This document shows positions 40,255-53,916 of a stretch of DNA of 64,000 nt, piece by piece (position 1 is the first letter of the stretch; each line of letters begins with the position of its first letter). The notes under the pieces were generated by a model. It did not search any database. It was not told where the DNA came from and saw nothing but the letters and a program-made list of their open reading frames with translations. Source of the stretch: Octopus vulgaris (Eukaryota); the NCBI GenBank assembly GCA_951406725.2, contig OX597823.1, positions 60,078,001 to 60,142,000 on the forward strand. The letters run 5' to 3'. A program made the translations under genes and the position numbers.

Positions 40255-40590
40255 TCTGTTGTTTCTAGGGAGAGTCATTTTCTTTTTGTGCCTTATGATT
40301 TAACACACTCACTGGTAAAATTTCCACTTATTTCTCTTTTATTTTTCTAAAATTTTCGTTGCATCTTGCAACCTTTTCAATAGTTTTGAGAGTCAAAACT
40401 ATTGAAAAGGTTCCAAGATACAACGAAAATTTTAGGAAAGTAAAAATAAGAAAAAAGTGAAATTTTTACTGGTGAATGGGATATATTATAAGGCACAAAA
40501 AGAAAATGACTCTCCGCAGACACAACAGAATATGCTTCAACACATGAACTCACAAAGAATCTTGTAAACCAAATCCAAAAACGAAATATC
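40252..40590 (+). mobile_element. Palindrome (40252-40389 / 40393-40532) with paired hammerhead variants and 3' extension, in (TATC)n
   Basis: 3-nt spacer gag at 40390-40392; a related tail fragment lies at ~18277-18350. Confidence 0.8.
40347..40383 (-). ncRNA. Minimal type I hammerhead, U3-A8 variant (decayed mirror at 40399-40435, plus strand)
   Basis: Reverse complement reads cta TTGAAAA g gttgc-aagat-gcaac GAAA AT TT tag: stem I cta/tag, 5-bp stem II. Confidence 0.55.
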
Positions 40591-40803
40591 TATCTATTAA
40601 TCTACATATGTATATATATATGTATGTATTAATACATAAATATTGAACAATGAGAATGCAGTGCTCAATACTGCATTTGTGGATAGAACTTTTTCATTTG
40701 TGTATTAAGGCTACTATTGGTTTCATGTTATGAAAAAGTATTTTAATATTCTAAGAATTTTTCAAGCCAATCACATGGAGGAATGATGTTCATCTCCATT
40801 TTG

Positions 40804-40998
40804 GAAGGGTGCTGAAAAGTTCCTGGCATTGAATAAAAGAAAATACAGAAGGATTAGTTAATTATTCCCCTCTCAGATTCACTCTTATTGTGGTGGTCCT
40901 TCAGTTTTTCTCAGTCCTATAAAAGTACTCAGGAGGTTGAACCTCCAACCAAGCTTTGCATGATACCCTTAAAACCAGGAACTTTCCAGTACCCCTCA
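40804..40998. mobile_element. Mariner-type MITE
   Basis: TIRs agggtgctgaaaagttcctgg / ccaggaactttccagtacccct. Confidence 0.75.
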
Positions 40999-41030
40999 TA
41001 CATACATACATATATACATACATTCATACA

Positions 41031-41064
<34 letters not shown>

Positions 41065-41121
41065 AATATCAACTAGATTATAGCTTGTATGTATGCATGT
41101 ATGTATGTATGTGTAGATAGA

Positions 41122-41169
<48 letters not shown>

Positions 41170-41367
41170 TAGATAGATAGATAGAGAGATAGAGAGAGAG
41201 AGAGATAGATAGAAAGACAGACAGAGAGACAGATAGAGAGAAAGATAAACAGATAGACAGATAGTCAAACAGATAGATAGATAGATAGATAGATAGATAG
41301 CTAGACAGACAGATAGATAGACAGACAAACAGACAGACAGACAGACAAACAGATAGATAGATAGATA
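40998..41367. repeat. (CATA)n, (GATA)n and (GACA)n compound microsatellite
   Basis: Directly visible. Confidence 0.92.
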
Positions 41368-41482
41368 ATTTATTGTTCATTTGCCAAATGAATGTATGAT
41401 TTTATACTTGAACTCTTGCGTATGTGAGCAGGCATGTCACAGAAACACACACATATACAGACATGTTAGTACACAGAGTCAA

Positions 41483-41524
<42 letters not shown>

Positions 41525-42500
41525 CTGTTTCTATTGGTTTTAGCCATCAAACTATGATTATGGTAGGGCACCACCATCAAGAATTTCAGTTGGTCATATT
41601 AGCTTCACTACTTATTCCTGTCTGGTATTTATTTCAGCAATCTCTAATTATCAAACCGCTACATTATGCAACATGAAAAGGACATATGACAAGCACAAAA
41701 CCTGTTATAACTGGTGTAAACATAAACACACTGACAGATATGTGTATTTATATGTGTGTATATATTTAATAATGATAATGAGTTTAGCATGTCTCTTGAG
41801 CTGTGTGTGTAGGTATATGACAATCTGATATATGATGATGTTTGCATTTATATGTATGTTTATGTATGTGTATATACTTATGAATGTAATATATCTTTCA
41901 CATACATTTATATGTACATGATAGAAATGCACATGTATAAGTTTGTATTCATATGTGCATCCATGTATACATAGATATATGTGTGACATGTATAGCTTTT
42001 GTGCAGGATAGCAGGCTTTTATCAAGTGCTATTAATGATACCTGGAATCAGTCTTTTAAGAAAGGATTTATTAGTTCATAAGCTTAGCAGACTGGAAAAT
42101 ATGTTATTTGAAGATTTTATTATCTGCTTGTTAGCATTGATTGATTGATTTTGATATCTGTTTGAGTAACAAATCGCAAATAATCTTGTTTTTGTAATTA
42201 ACAACTGAAAATTCAGGTAATTTTTTTTTTCTGAAGTTTATCTTCAATGAGAAGCCAGTTAGTTACTAATAAAGGAAGCTTATCTTGATAGGAGTGGTTG
42301 TGCACTTGCATTGCCTTGCCTTAATTGTGGACAAAGTTACCATTCATTCATTCAAATATGGTGTCATTTGTCTGCAATCTTCCAAGGGAACATATCTGGC
42401 CATTGAGCTGATTATGACCAGGAGTGGGAAGTGGAAGGGAGAAGGAGGAGGAGGTAGAGAGAGGAGGCGGAGGGGGGTGAGGAGGAGTGTATGCATTACA

Positions 42501-42630
42501 ATAATAATAATAATAATAATAATAGCATCGAAAAATACCTTAGGAATGAGATCCCAGGTTCAAAATTTCCCCAAGACACCTGATGAAGGCTGGAGGGTAT
42601 ATCAGCTGAAACATTGTGTTAACAAAATAA
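42501..42630 (+). mobile_element. (AAT)n-linked hammerhead-bearing repeat; 5'-truncated copy of the 48291-48548 element
   Basis: gaaaaataccttaggaatgaga.cccagg...cacctgatgaaggct is shared with the reverse complement of 48350-48423. Confidence 0.8.
42575..42620 (+). ncRNA. Minimal type I hammerhead with a likely CpG-decay change in stem III
   Basis: gacac CTGATGA a ggctg-gagggtatat-cagct GAAA CA TT gtgtt: stem I gacac/gtgtt, stem II 5 bp. Confidence 0.65.
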
Positions 42631-42659
42631 TGTAAGTTGATCCATTTTGTATTTTATAA

Positions 42660-42861
42660 AGCCCTGTGGTTTGGCCACGTGAAGAAGATGGATGAGGAGT
42701 GGATGGTAAGGAGGGTGATGAAGGCAGAAGTGGTAGGCAGCAGAACCAGAGGCAGTCCTCAGTTTGTGTGGAAAGTTTTGGTGGTTAGAGGTGTTGGAGT
42801 GAGAGAGGCAAGAGAGTTTATAGATGATAGGAAAGCTTGGAGAGTGTTTTTGGATGGATAA
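42660..42861 (+). mobile_element. RTE-clade LINE C-terminal fragment
   Basis: LWFGHVKKMDEEWMVRRVMKAEVVGSRTRGSPQFVW...DRKAWR matches the RTE motif LRW.GHV.RM...G.R.RGRP...W. Confidence 0.85.
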
Positions 42862-43525
42862 GTGAATTTGATGTTGCTCAAAAGAGTACGGAACCAGCAT
42901 TGGGTGGCAGGAGTAAAGCAGCATATGCTGTTGGGCCCTGCTGCTGATATTGGTTGTTGTGTTCTATGCCTTGACTCGAGAATGGGGCTCACCTCTTTCA
43001 ACTGGGAAATGAATGGAATACCTGCTGTGTGTCTTGTTGTGGTTACCCACTCCTAAAACATGGGGAATAGGCCTGGGTATATAAAGATAAAAAAACATCT
43101 TTTAAATAGTGATGGATGCATAGCAAAATGTCATATCTGCATACATGCAAAGTTGAAACTAAATCAGAACAATCAGACTGATATCATCTGACAGGATAAG
43201 GCAATCATCAGGTATGCATATATTTGCATATGTATGTATATATGGGTATGCAGGTTATTTCGAAAATACCTCTAGGAGTGATGACCATGCACTGCATAAT
43301 TACAGGCTGCTCTTTGGAAAGGTATAGTACCCATTCAGGTATATGGTAAAGTCCTGGAACTGCAATACAGCAGATTGTGATAAGGTAACAGAAGAGCTCA
43401 ACTGAGCCAATGGTGCTTCTTACCATTAATGCTGAGTGGAGGATTTCTAGAAGATCAACACTCAGGGTCACCAAATTCTATCAAGAGAGTAACTGCAATG
43501 TATCCTTAGGGTTGGCATCCATGGT

Positions 43526-43888
43526 TACTCTTTTACTCTTTGACTCTTTTACTTGTTTCAGCCATTTGACTGTGGCCATGCTGGGGCACCGCCTTTAGTC
43601 GAGTACATCGACCTCAGGACTTATTCTTTGTAAGCCTAGTACTTATTCTATCAGTCTCTTTCGCCGAACCGCTAAGTTACAGGGATGTAAACACACCAGC
43701 ATCGGTTGTCAAGCGATGTTGGGGGGGGACAAACACAGACACACAAACATATACATGCACATACATATACATATATACGACGGGCTTCTTTCAGTTTCCG
43801 TCTACCAAATCCACTCACAAGGCTTTGGCTGGCTCGAGGTTATAGTAGAAGACACTTATCCAAGGTGCCACGCAGTGGGAGTGAACCC
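43526..43888 (-). mobile_element. SINE family A, lacking only the extreme 5' end
   Basis: Reverse complement of 62845-63181. Confidence 0.9.
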
Positions 43889-44427
43889 GGCAGCCAATGA
43901 AAGGTTCATCACATCTCAAACTCCCAATCCAAATTCATAATAATTGGAAATGGATGATGCCAGCATGTCATGGGAAGCCTTGAAAGCAGCAAAAAAATAT
44001 GGATAAAAAATGGTCTTTTTTGTATCAAATCAAATTATAAAAATCCGTTAGTTTTGAGATGGTTAACTTTGAAATCTGTTTACTATGTCACCAATTAACT
44101 TACACACAAGTTTTTACTTGCAGCACAACAAACATAAATGAGAGAACCTCAGGACAGTCGTTCAATATACCAGAAACAGTAACCAAATTTGCCTCAAATA
44201 ACATAATATTATCAAGAAATAAGCAAAACAAAATCATACATTTGATAATGTAGTCTTAAATACACGATGCCTGAAAATAAAATGGGATGGTCACAGCTGG
44301 AATGCTTTTTATCACAGGTCTGCTCAATCAAAGGTGACCTGGAGCTAAAGAAGAATAACAACAACACCAACATAATACTTATAAACCCCAACACCCTTCC
44401 TGTCTGCTTCAGCAACTCAGCACATAG

Positions 44428-45480
<1,053 letters not shown>

Positions 45481-45784
45481 ATACATACGGAGAGAAGTAA
45501 TCTTGCAGACGTAAATAATTTTTACTAGAGTTGTAGGAGAAATACATATAGGAGTCTTTCAGTCATTATCTTTTATCTTTTACTTGTTTCAGTTATTAGA
45601 CTGTGGCCATGCTGGGGCAGTGCCTTGAAGAATTTTTAGTCGAAAGAATCAGCCACAGAACTTATTTTTAAAGCCTTATATTTATTCTATTTGTCTCTCT
45701 GGCTAGACTGCTAAGTTATGCGGATGCCAACACACCAACACAAGTTGTTGTTGTTGTTGTTGTTGTTGTTAGTTGTTGTTGTTG

Positions 45785-45816
<32 letters not shown>

Positions 45817-46219
45817 GGTGGTGGTGGTGGTGGTGGTGATGATGTTGATGGGTTATATTTATAAATCAAATAGACATTGTTGTGGATTAGTAAGAAATAG
45901 TTCTGAAGAATTTAAAATTCACTGGAATCTTCAGGATAGTCACTACATAGCTTTCAGCCAAGAAAAACAAAATTATCTTCAGTAATGCAGCTGCTTTATT
46001 TATATCAACCATGGTTATTATGCAATGGCACAAAAAAGAAATGGTTTAGAAGCTTCAATCACATGTTATCAAGACTATTATCAATCGCTGGGTGCACCAA
46101 AAGAGCAGAAGCAGTTATACCCAAAATTTCACTCAGTCTAACAGATATGACTTCTTGATTTGGAACACTTCAGTTCCTATAATATCTAAGAACAAATATT
46201 AATAGTTGTTTGGTGGCCT

Positions 46220-46410
46220 CCAGTGATGGATTGGATCTGTAGTCTTCAAATTAGCTTTCTTCTTTCTGGTTTTGAGAAGCCTAATTTCTCAAGATTGGTA
46301 TTTAGGCAGTGTGTTACATATCCCAGGGTCCCAATAATTACAGGTATAAGCCTGAATTTGTAATCTGGATAGAGTAACTACAGATTTCTCAATAGTTCAG
46401 CATAGGTGCT
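46220..46410 (-). mobile_element. C-terminal fragment of an RLE-type (R4/Dong- or NeSL-like) non-LTR retrotransposon
   Basis: Minus-strand translation STYAELLRNL*LLYPDYKFRLIPVIIGTLGYVTHCLNTNLEKLGFSKPERRKLI*RLQIQSITG resembles the Y..L...PVIIGALG region. Confidence 0.7.
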
Positions 46411-46557
46411 TTACGAATGGCTAAGTTTATGGAGAAAACCCTGGAGTTGAAAGTCTTGATATATCACTTTATTTATGTCCTAAATGCTAAATCCCCAAAT
46501 ATTGACTCTTCTCAGGGACTTACAAGACAAAGTTCTAAATTACCAAGGTTATCCTGT

Positions 46558-46603
<46 letters not shown>

Positions 46604-47521
46604 ACATCATCATCACTGTCGTTGTCATCATCATCATTGTTTTAATGTCCACTTTCCCATACTCACATGAGTCGCACAGAATTTGGTGAAGCTGTTTTTT
46701 TTTACAGCTGTCACTAATCCTCACCTGTGTCCAGGTACAGTAATATTTCCCCATGACTAGACATGTCTCAGAAGATACGAAATGAAAGACATTACTTACA
46801 TGATGGTGACTCTTTATTACAACTATCACATGATCTCAAACCAATGAGATAGTAATACACACACACCCATGACAATATTCTTTCAGTTTCTCTCAACCAA
46901 ATCCACACACAAGGCTTTGGTAGGTCTGAAGCTATAGTAGAGGACACTTGTCCAAGGTATCACACGGCAGAACTAAACCCAAAACCATGTTGATGAGAAG
47001 CAAACTTCTTACCACAAAGCCATATTAAGGCTTATCACAAATCTTAATATAATTTCTTTATCATTCCATTTATTACAGTACCAATATGTGACTTTGATCT
47101 GGGAACTCCAGTTTCTGCATGTTATAAGAATGATTTTATTTCCAAGCACTCTAGTTTCCACTCATTTTTCAAACCATTTTAAGAAATAAAGAATATCCAG
47201 AATGAAAGACAATATCCTATACTCAATAATATCTGCAAATCACATAAGAGTGTTTTCACATTTATTATATTTGAATTCACTATATGTCATTTACCAGTTA
47301 AATTACAAGATATATTATTAATACTGAGGGCATACCTGTAGCAAAGAGCATTAGACATTGGGCTACTATAAACATTGGATAGCAATTTTTTTCTTTTTTT
47401 ACATGGAAGACAGATTTTCAAGAGAAATTCAAATATGCCTCCAAGAAGAATTTTTCATTTAAGAATTTGTAGCTACTTTTCAGCTTGAGCGATGCCAGGT
47501 GTCCTGCTAGTAGTATACACA

Positions 47522-47615
<94 letters not shown>

Positions 47616-47676
47616 GTATAAATAATTGCTTGAAAATTACTAAAACATGAAACTAATAGTCAAAATATACATTTTG

Positions 47677-48041
47677 CTTCCCAATCACATGGATCCAGGT
47701 TCAGTCCCACTGCATGGCACCTTGGGCAAGCATCACCTAGCACCAACCAAAGCCTTGTGAGTGGATTTGGTAGACAGAAACTGAAAGTAGCCTGTTGTTT
47801 ATTTATATATATCTATGAGTGTATGTGTGTCTTTATGTCTGTATTTGTCCTCCACCACTGCTTGATAACAGGTTTGGTAAGCTTACATCCCAATAACTTA
47901 GCAGTTTGACAAAAGAGATCAATAGAATAAGCACCAAGCTTTTAAAAAAGTTAACAAGTGCTGGGGTCGATCTGTTCAACTAAAATCCTTTAAGGTGGCA
48001 CCTCAGCCTGGCCACAGTCTAATGGCTGAAACAAGTAAAGA
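47677..48041 (+). mobile_element. SINE family A, older copy
   Basis: ggttcagtcccactgcatggcaccttgggcaag...ctgaaacaagtaaaga. Confidence 0.85.
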
Positions 48042-48290
48042 GATACTCTACATCCTTGTACAGATTTCTTTACCTGTTTGAAATCACTACTCAGTTACGT
48101 ATCTGCTCTAAGAAGTGGATGGTTTGAATTCTAAATACTCAACATAAAATATTTTGTTTACTGTCTTTAATTGGCTAAGGCAGTTGGTACCTTCAGTTGC
48201 AAGGCGTGTTTCCATATTAAAAAGAAAAATATTCTGTTTTGCACCAAGACGGTTTAACTTCATTTGAAAAAAGTTTCAGAGAGAAACTAA

Positions 48291-48426
48291 TATATACATT
48301 ATTTACATTATTTACATTTGACAGATATTTGTCCTCATCTTCTTTGTTGTCGGCTGATAAATCCTCTAGCCTTCATCAGGTATCTCGGGGAAATCCTGGG
48401 TTCTCATTCCTAAGGTATTTTTCAAA

Positions 48427-48482
<56 letters not shown>

Positions 48483-48548
48483 CACTGCCTGGAATCAAAC
48501 TCAGATACTTGGGGTTAGTAGCCCTTGCTCTTAATCACTATGCCATAT
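48291..48548 (-). mobile_element. tRNA-headed SINE-like element: tRNA head, (AAT)n, hammerhead, (AATGTAAAT) tail
   Basis: Reverse complement: A-box tggcatagtga, anticodon arm ggg-ctactaa-ccc, B-box gagtttgattcc, (AAT)n, then CTGATGA aggct...agcc GA with the 3' core deleted. Confidence 0.7.
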
Positions 48549-48979
48549 ATGTTATAAGCACACTTGTAGCACAGGCAAATGCTGTATTGCCGACTTCAGC
48601 AGTGTGTTACTGCAAATAATAATTCATATTATACTTTGTTATGCTCTCATTTATGAAGACTCTGATATTTTATCTTGAAGGGAAACTGAGCTCATTGAAT
48701 GATGGGCTACAGTCATTTTAATTGTCTCTAAGACAGTACAGGAGCAGGCTCTTGTGTATTGCAGGTAACAAGGTAATCTTTGTTGTGCATGTGTTATGAC
48801 GAAATGCATTTAGTACATTCTATAAAGTGGAAGGTGTTAATGGAAATATCCAGTTGTAGAAACCATACCAAAAATAGAATGCATAAGTGAAACTGGTCCC
48901 CTAGAAGGTAAGTCTGAATAAGAAGCAATCCAGATTAGGATGATCTATTGGTGTCACACCAGCAGGGAAAGCAAACAAA

Positions 48980-49232
48980 ACAATAATGATGATGATGATG
49001 AGGAGGAGGAGGAGGAGGAGGAACAACAACAACAACGACAACGATGATGACAACAATAACAATCATGATGATGATGATGATGATGATGACAATGATTAAA
49101 GCAACAATGGAAAGAATGCCTCTGGAAATAAAAACAACATTGATGGTGATGATGGTGATTATTATCACTATTGTTATGATGACAAAGAATATGATAATGA
49201 TGATGATGACAACGACGTCGACGATGGTGATG
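48980..49232. repeat. Degenerate (GAT)/(GAG)/(AAC) trinucleotide tract
   Basis: Directly visible. Confidence 0.88.
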
Positions 49233-49836
49233 GAAACAAAGCTGACCACCCACACTCATACCCTCCCTACCAGATAAAATTACAGACAGATCTGAAGAAG
49301 ATTGAAGCCAAATACTTGTAATACATTTTAGTGTAATATTCTTAAGTCTGGGTCATCTTCACTTTTGCTGAAGTGAAGAAATATGAAATTCTCCTATGGT
49401 TTCTGTTAACCTATTAAAGACTAATGGCTACACACTCTTGACACTATCTGTCAGTTTTCATTGAGCTAGATTACTATTAAGTAATCGAAGAAGCAAGCTT
49501 GATGATTTTACATCATTAACGTCATTTAGAGATATTGTGGAGAACAATCTAGAAAGACCTCCCTCCTCCATCTACGGGAAAAAAAAAAAAAGATGTCATT
49601 GAAGACATTGTTGTCAATTATCTTGTGTTAGTAATTTATTAACTGTATGGAATACATGTTTAAATGTTTTAACTAGAGTGTCTAATATGAAATGGTCAAG
49701 TTAATGGGGCAAGCAAATGACTAACTTAAAGTGGGATAGTATTGCATTGGATCTTGTTGCAAGTATAGCATTGTACCCTTGGCCATATTACTTAACTCAG
49801 TACAGCAGTACAGTGGTGTATATATATATATATATC

Positions 49837-50030
49837 GGGGGAGAATTCACAAGAAAACAAAAGATGAAGTCAGGTGGTGTAGACAACAAACAGATGTATT
49901 AGGATAATGCTCAGGAATAGAAAATGTCTTTTACGTTTTGAGCCTACGCTCTTCTACAAAAAGGAAAACAGAAAGAAACAAGGAGAGAAAATAAAGAATG
50001 TGCAGTGGCTAGCGATCTATCATGACGAAT
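49837..50030 (-). mobile_element. TA-inserted short repeat with degenerate hammerhead
   Basis: Reverse complement reads ttttTGTAGA a gagc-gtag-gctc AAAA CG TA aaaga; homologous to 3151-3262. Confidence 0.6.
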
Positions 50031-51264
50031 GATAGATATATCCATATATATATATATTATATATATCCATCCAGCTGTAGAAAATCTGCCAGACCAGATT
50101 GATTCGCTAGACCTCAGTCAAATCGTCCAACCCATGCTAGCCTGGAAAGCAGACATTAAACGATGAGGATGATGATGATGATGAGAGAGAGAGAGAGAGA
50201 CATTAAAAAATTTTATATTGGCCTTTGAACAGAAAAAGTAGTACAATCTACTGAAAAAATATCTTGAGAGAGAAAAGAATCTGCAAATTATTGAAGACAA
50301 AACACAACGATAGAAGAATCTTTTGATAATTCCTTTTTTTTTATTTGAAGACTGGATTAATTGTGGTATTTCCATAAAAGATGGCCTGACTGGCTCCTGT
50401 GCCAGTGGCATGTAAAAGGCACCCACTACACTCTCGGAGTGGTTGGTGTTAGGAAGGGCATCCAGCTGTAGAAACCTTGCCAGCTGAGACTGGAGGCTGA
50501 TGCAGCCTCCTTACTTGCTAGTCATCAGTCAAACAGCCTGTAGGTATGTATGTATATTTAGATGTTATATTATTAGTGCAAGAATTTTTGTTCCAAGAAG
50601 GCTGACTGCAATGAAGACATCAGATAATTTATTGCGTAAATTTTCTCATGAAGAGCAGCATAATAAAACAGAGCACAAATAGTTCCAAGAATATTCTAAC
50701 AAAAATATAAACAATAACAAACTAACCTAAATTTTGGCCTAAAAATAATGAAAAGAAAAGAAACATTGATATGGGATGTAATTTTAGTCCCCTGAAAAAA
50801 ACTGGTGGTAAATAAGGGGCTAATCCACAAAAACCAAGGAAAGGAAAGAAAATTTATGCTTGGCAAATGATGCTTCGTGGCATCAATTTGTTTCTTCTTT
50901 CACATATTTCATTCTGTAATTCCTTCATTCAGACATTCTTTTCTTTCATTTTACTTTTTTAATTTTCTTTATTAACGTATCAACGTTATAATTTTTGCTA
51001 ACATTCGTCATGTTGTTGAAGCCATCTAAAAACAATAATATAAAGGTGTGTAAATCTCCTGAATCAACACCTCTTGGTGTCGGTTCCTCTTGTTTAGTTA
51101 CCATTAATGTCTTTCTACGAAGAGTATTACTCAAAAGTGAAAGGTACATTAAAATAAATAAATAAATGAAAATATTTCTCAAAAAATGCTATACAGCATG
51201 TATATATATATATGTGTGTGTGCGTATATATCAATATATATGAGTGTGTATGTATATATAAATA

Positions 51265-51305
<41 letters not shown>

Positions 51306-51463
51306 TTATATATGTCTATTTATATGAATATGTACTTATATATATATACATACATTTATATATGTATGCATATTTTTATTTGTATGTGTATCTTTATTGG
51401 CAGAATGACACTTCCTATCTATCTACCTATCTACATAATATATGTGTGCATGTATATGTGTGC

Positions 51464-51516
<53 letters not shown>

Positions 51517-51578
51517 TATATGCATGAATGTATGTGCCTGTGTATGTGTAGAGATAGATAAATAATACATACTTACAC

Positions 51579-51609
<31 letters not shown>

Positions 51610-52313
51610 TGTATGTATGTATGTATGCATGTATATATGTATGTATATCGTTTCCTTTTTTCTTCACTAACCTGTATTTGGGCTATAAGGTAAATTCTGG
51701 CTACAATAAAAAATACCAACGTAAATCAATAAAGAAGGAACAACCTGATAATTTTGTTACAGAATTTTTTTTTCATGCCTTACCATTCTGATGGTCACAT
51801 ACAGGAAATAATATATTATGCGTCAACATTCATCTAAAAGACCGGACATTAAATCTTGTAATGAAGAGCATAATTCCCAAAAATTCTGAACATTATCAAA
51901 ATTGTTAGAGCTTTAGGAAAAATGCTCAAAACAGTTTTGTGTGAGCCTTCACTGGCAGAATGACCCTTCCCATATATCCATTTATCAACCTAGATATATA
52001 TATTATATACGTAGTTAGGGTAAAAATCCTGCCGTTTCCTCCTGAACCACAGCTGTTTATTCTACTATTACAATCCAATATGTGACCACATTTGCTGCTG
52101 TATGTTTGTCAAAATACATTAAAATTGAGAATTATGGAAATGTTATTTGCCGAGATATTCTATAACAAACCAGAAAAGTGGAACATTTTTTGGTATTATT
52201 TATTCTCCATTATCTAACATGTAAATCTTTGTAATTCCTATCAGCAAATGAAACATGTAATGGAGAATAAATGAATATATAACACCCAAAAATTTTTTGC
52301 TTTCCTGTTTGAC

Positions 52314-52453
52314 TACATACATACATACATACATACATACATACATACATACATACATACATACATACATACATACATACATACATACATACATACATAC
52401 ATACATACATACATACATACATACATACATACATACATACATACATACATACA
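52314..52453. repeat. Perfect (TACA)n microsatellite
   Basis: Directly visible, about 35 units. Confidence 0.97.
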
Positions 52454-52459
52454 TCTATA

Positions 52460-53038
52460 CGCAGACATGCTGGAAGTAAAGAGCCACCTTTAATTTTCAA
52501 AATTTCTGATCTAAGCGTCTTAGTATGTTTTCAGCGGTGTAGAATTTACAATGTAATTATTCTTTTTCATTCCAGTTGCCATTATATTAAACATTTGCGA
52601 AGAGTAACCATGCCACACACAAAAAATTCAGCACAGCTGTCAGATTTTCAAAGAGGTCTTATTGTTGGGCAATCTGAGGCTGGTCTTAGCTAGCAAAAAA
52701 TTACCAAAAATCTTCAAATTCCTCTTGCTACTGTTAATAAAATTATAGTGCAATTCAAAAGCCAAGGAAAGGAATCAACAGATTCACATCCTGGCCAACC
52801 TGGGCACCTCAGAGAGGAAACTTTGCTGTTTGAAGAGAATTGTGGAAAATGAACCCCATTCAAAGGCTTCAGACATTGCAAAACAGCTAGAAGTTAGTCC
52901 AAGAATGTATGTTACATATCTGCATGAGCTTGGGTATTATGGACAAGCATCTAGAAGAAAACTTCTCCTTCAACCAATTGATATCAAATAAAAGATTTTG
53001 GAAATTAAAGGTGTCTATTTACTTTCTGCATGTCTGTG
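52460..53038 (+). mobile_element. Internally deleted Tc1-like transposon (579 bp)
   Basis: About 44-bp TIRs cagacatgctggaagtaaagagccacctttaattttcaaaat / attttggaaattaaaggtgtctatttactttctgcatgtctg; TA at both ends. Confidence 0.88.
52610..52991 (+). pseudogene. Tc1 transposase N-terminal DNA-binding region, disrupted
   Basis: [45 protein letters not shown]...PGQP (GRPR-like), frameshift, then LKRIVENEP...LHELGYYGQASRRKLLL; no DDE domain. Confidence 0.8.
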
Positions 53039-53502
53039 TATAAAACTTTTGGTGCATTTGTTGTAGCTCTTTATATTCCAAATTCAGAATCCCACTAAGA
53101 TCAATATTGTCACAGGCATAGCTGGGTGGTAATAAGCTTGCTGCCCAATCATATGGTTTTGGGTTCTCCCACTGTATGGTTTGTTGCCTCTCCATTGTTC
53201 CTTTAGGATACCCTTCCTGGTGTTACTCATTTTTCATCTTCTGCCTGAGCTGTAAGGCCTTATTCTATTTATTTAATTCATTTTGCTTGTACATCCACAT
53301 TCTGTCTCATTTGTTTTCATATTTGTCCTTTATCCATTTGCTAATTGGCTCATCTTGAATCTTACTTTGTTTGTATAATATATAATAAAATTATTTTGTT
53401 AATATGTTCACTTCCTGTTATGTATGACTCCTTGTTTGTTTGCTCAGTTTCCTAGTGGCTTCTCATTGCTGATGCTACCAAAGGGGCACAATATTATCAT
53501 TT

Positions 53503-53916
53503 TATTTCTTTATTGCCCACAAGGGGGCTAAACATAGAGGGGACAAGCAAGGACAGACAAAGAGATTTAAGTCAATTACATCAACTCCAATGTGTAACTG
53601 GTACTTATTTAATCGACCCCAAAAGGATGAAAGGCAAAGTCAACCTCGGTGGAATTTGAACTCAAAACATAGCGGCAAAAGAAATACCCATTTCTTTACT
53701 ACCCGCAAGGGGCTAAACACAGAGAGAACAAACAAGGACAGAGAAAGGGATTAAGTCAATTACATCAACCCCAGTGTGTAACTGGTACTTATTTAATCGA
53801 CCCCAAAAGGATGAAAGGCAAAGTCAACCTCGGTGGAATTTGGACTCAGAACATAGCAGCAAACGAAATACCACTAAGCATTTCACCCAGCGTGCTAACG
53901 ATTCTGCCAGCTCACC
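53503..53916 (-). mobile_element. SINE family B with tandemly duplicated ~184-bp 3' portion
   Basis: 53503-53687 repeats at 53689-53871. Confidence 0.88.

Noticed and set aside
48482-48548. Functional tRNA gene
   Set aside because: Acceptor stem and boxes are degenerate and there is no terminator; better explained as a SINE head. The same applies to the other SINE heads.
50946-51182. 78-aa minus-strand ORF or exon candidate, and hammerhead-like cttt-CTACGA-agagt-att-actc-AAAA at ~51111-51145
   Set aside because: No recognisable domain, and the ribozyme-like motif lacks G5 and G12.
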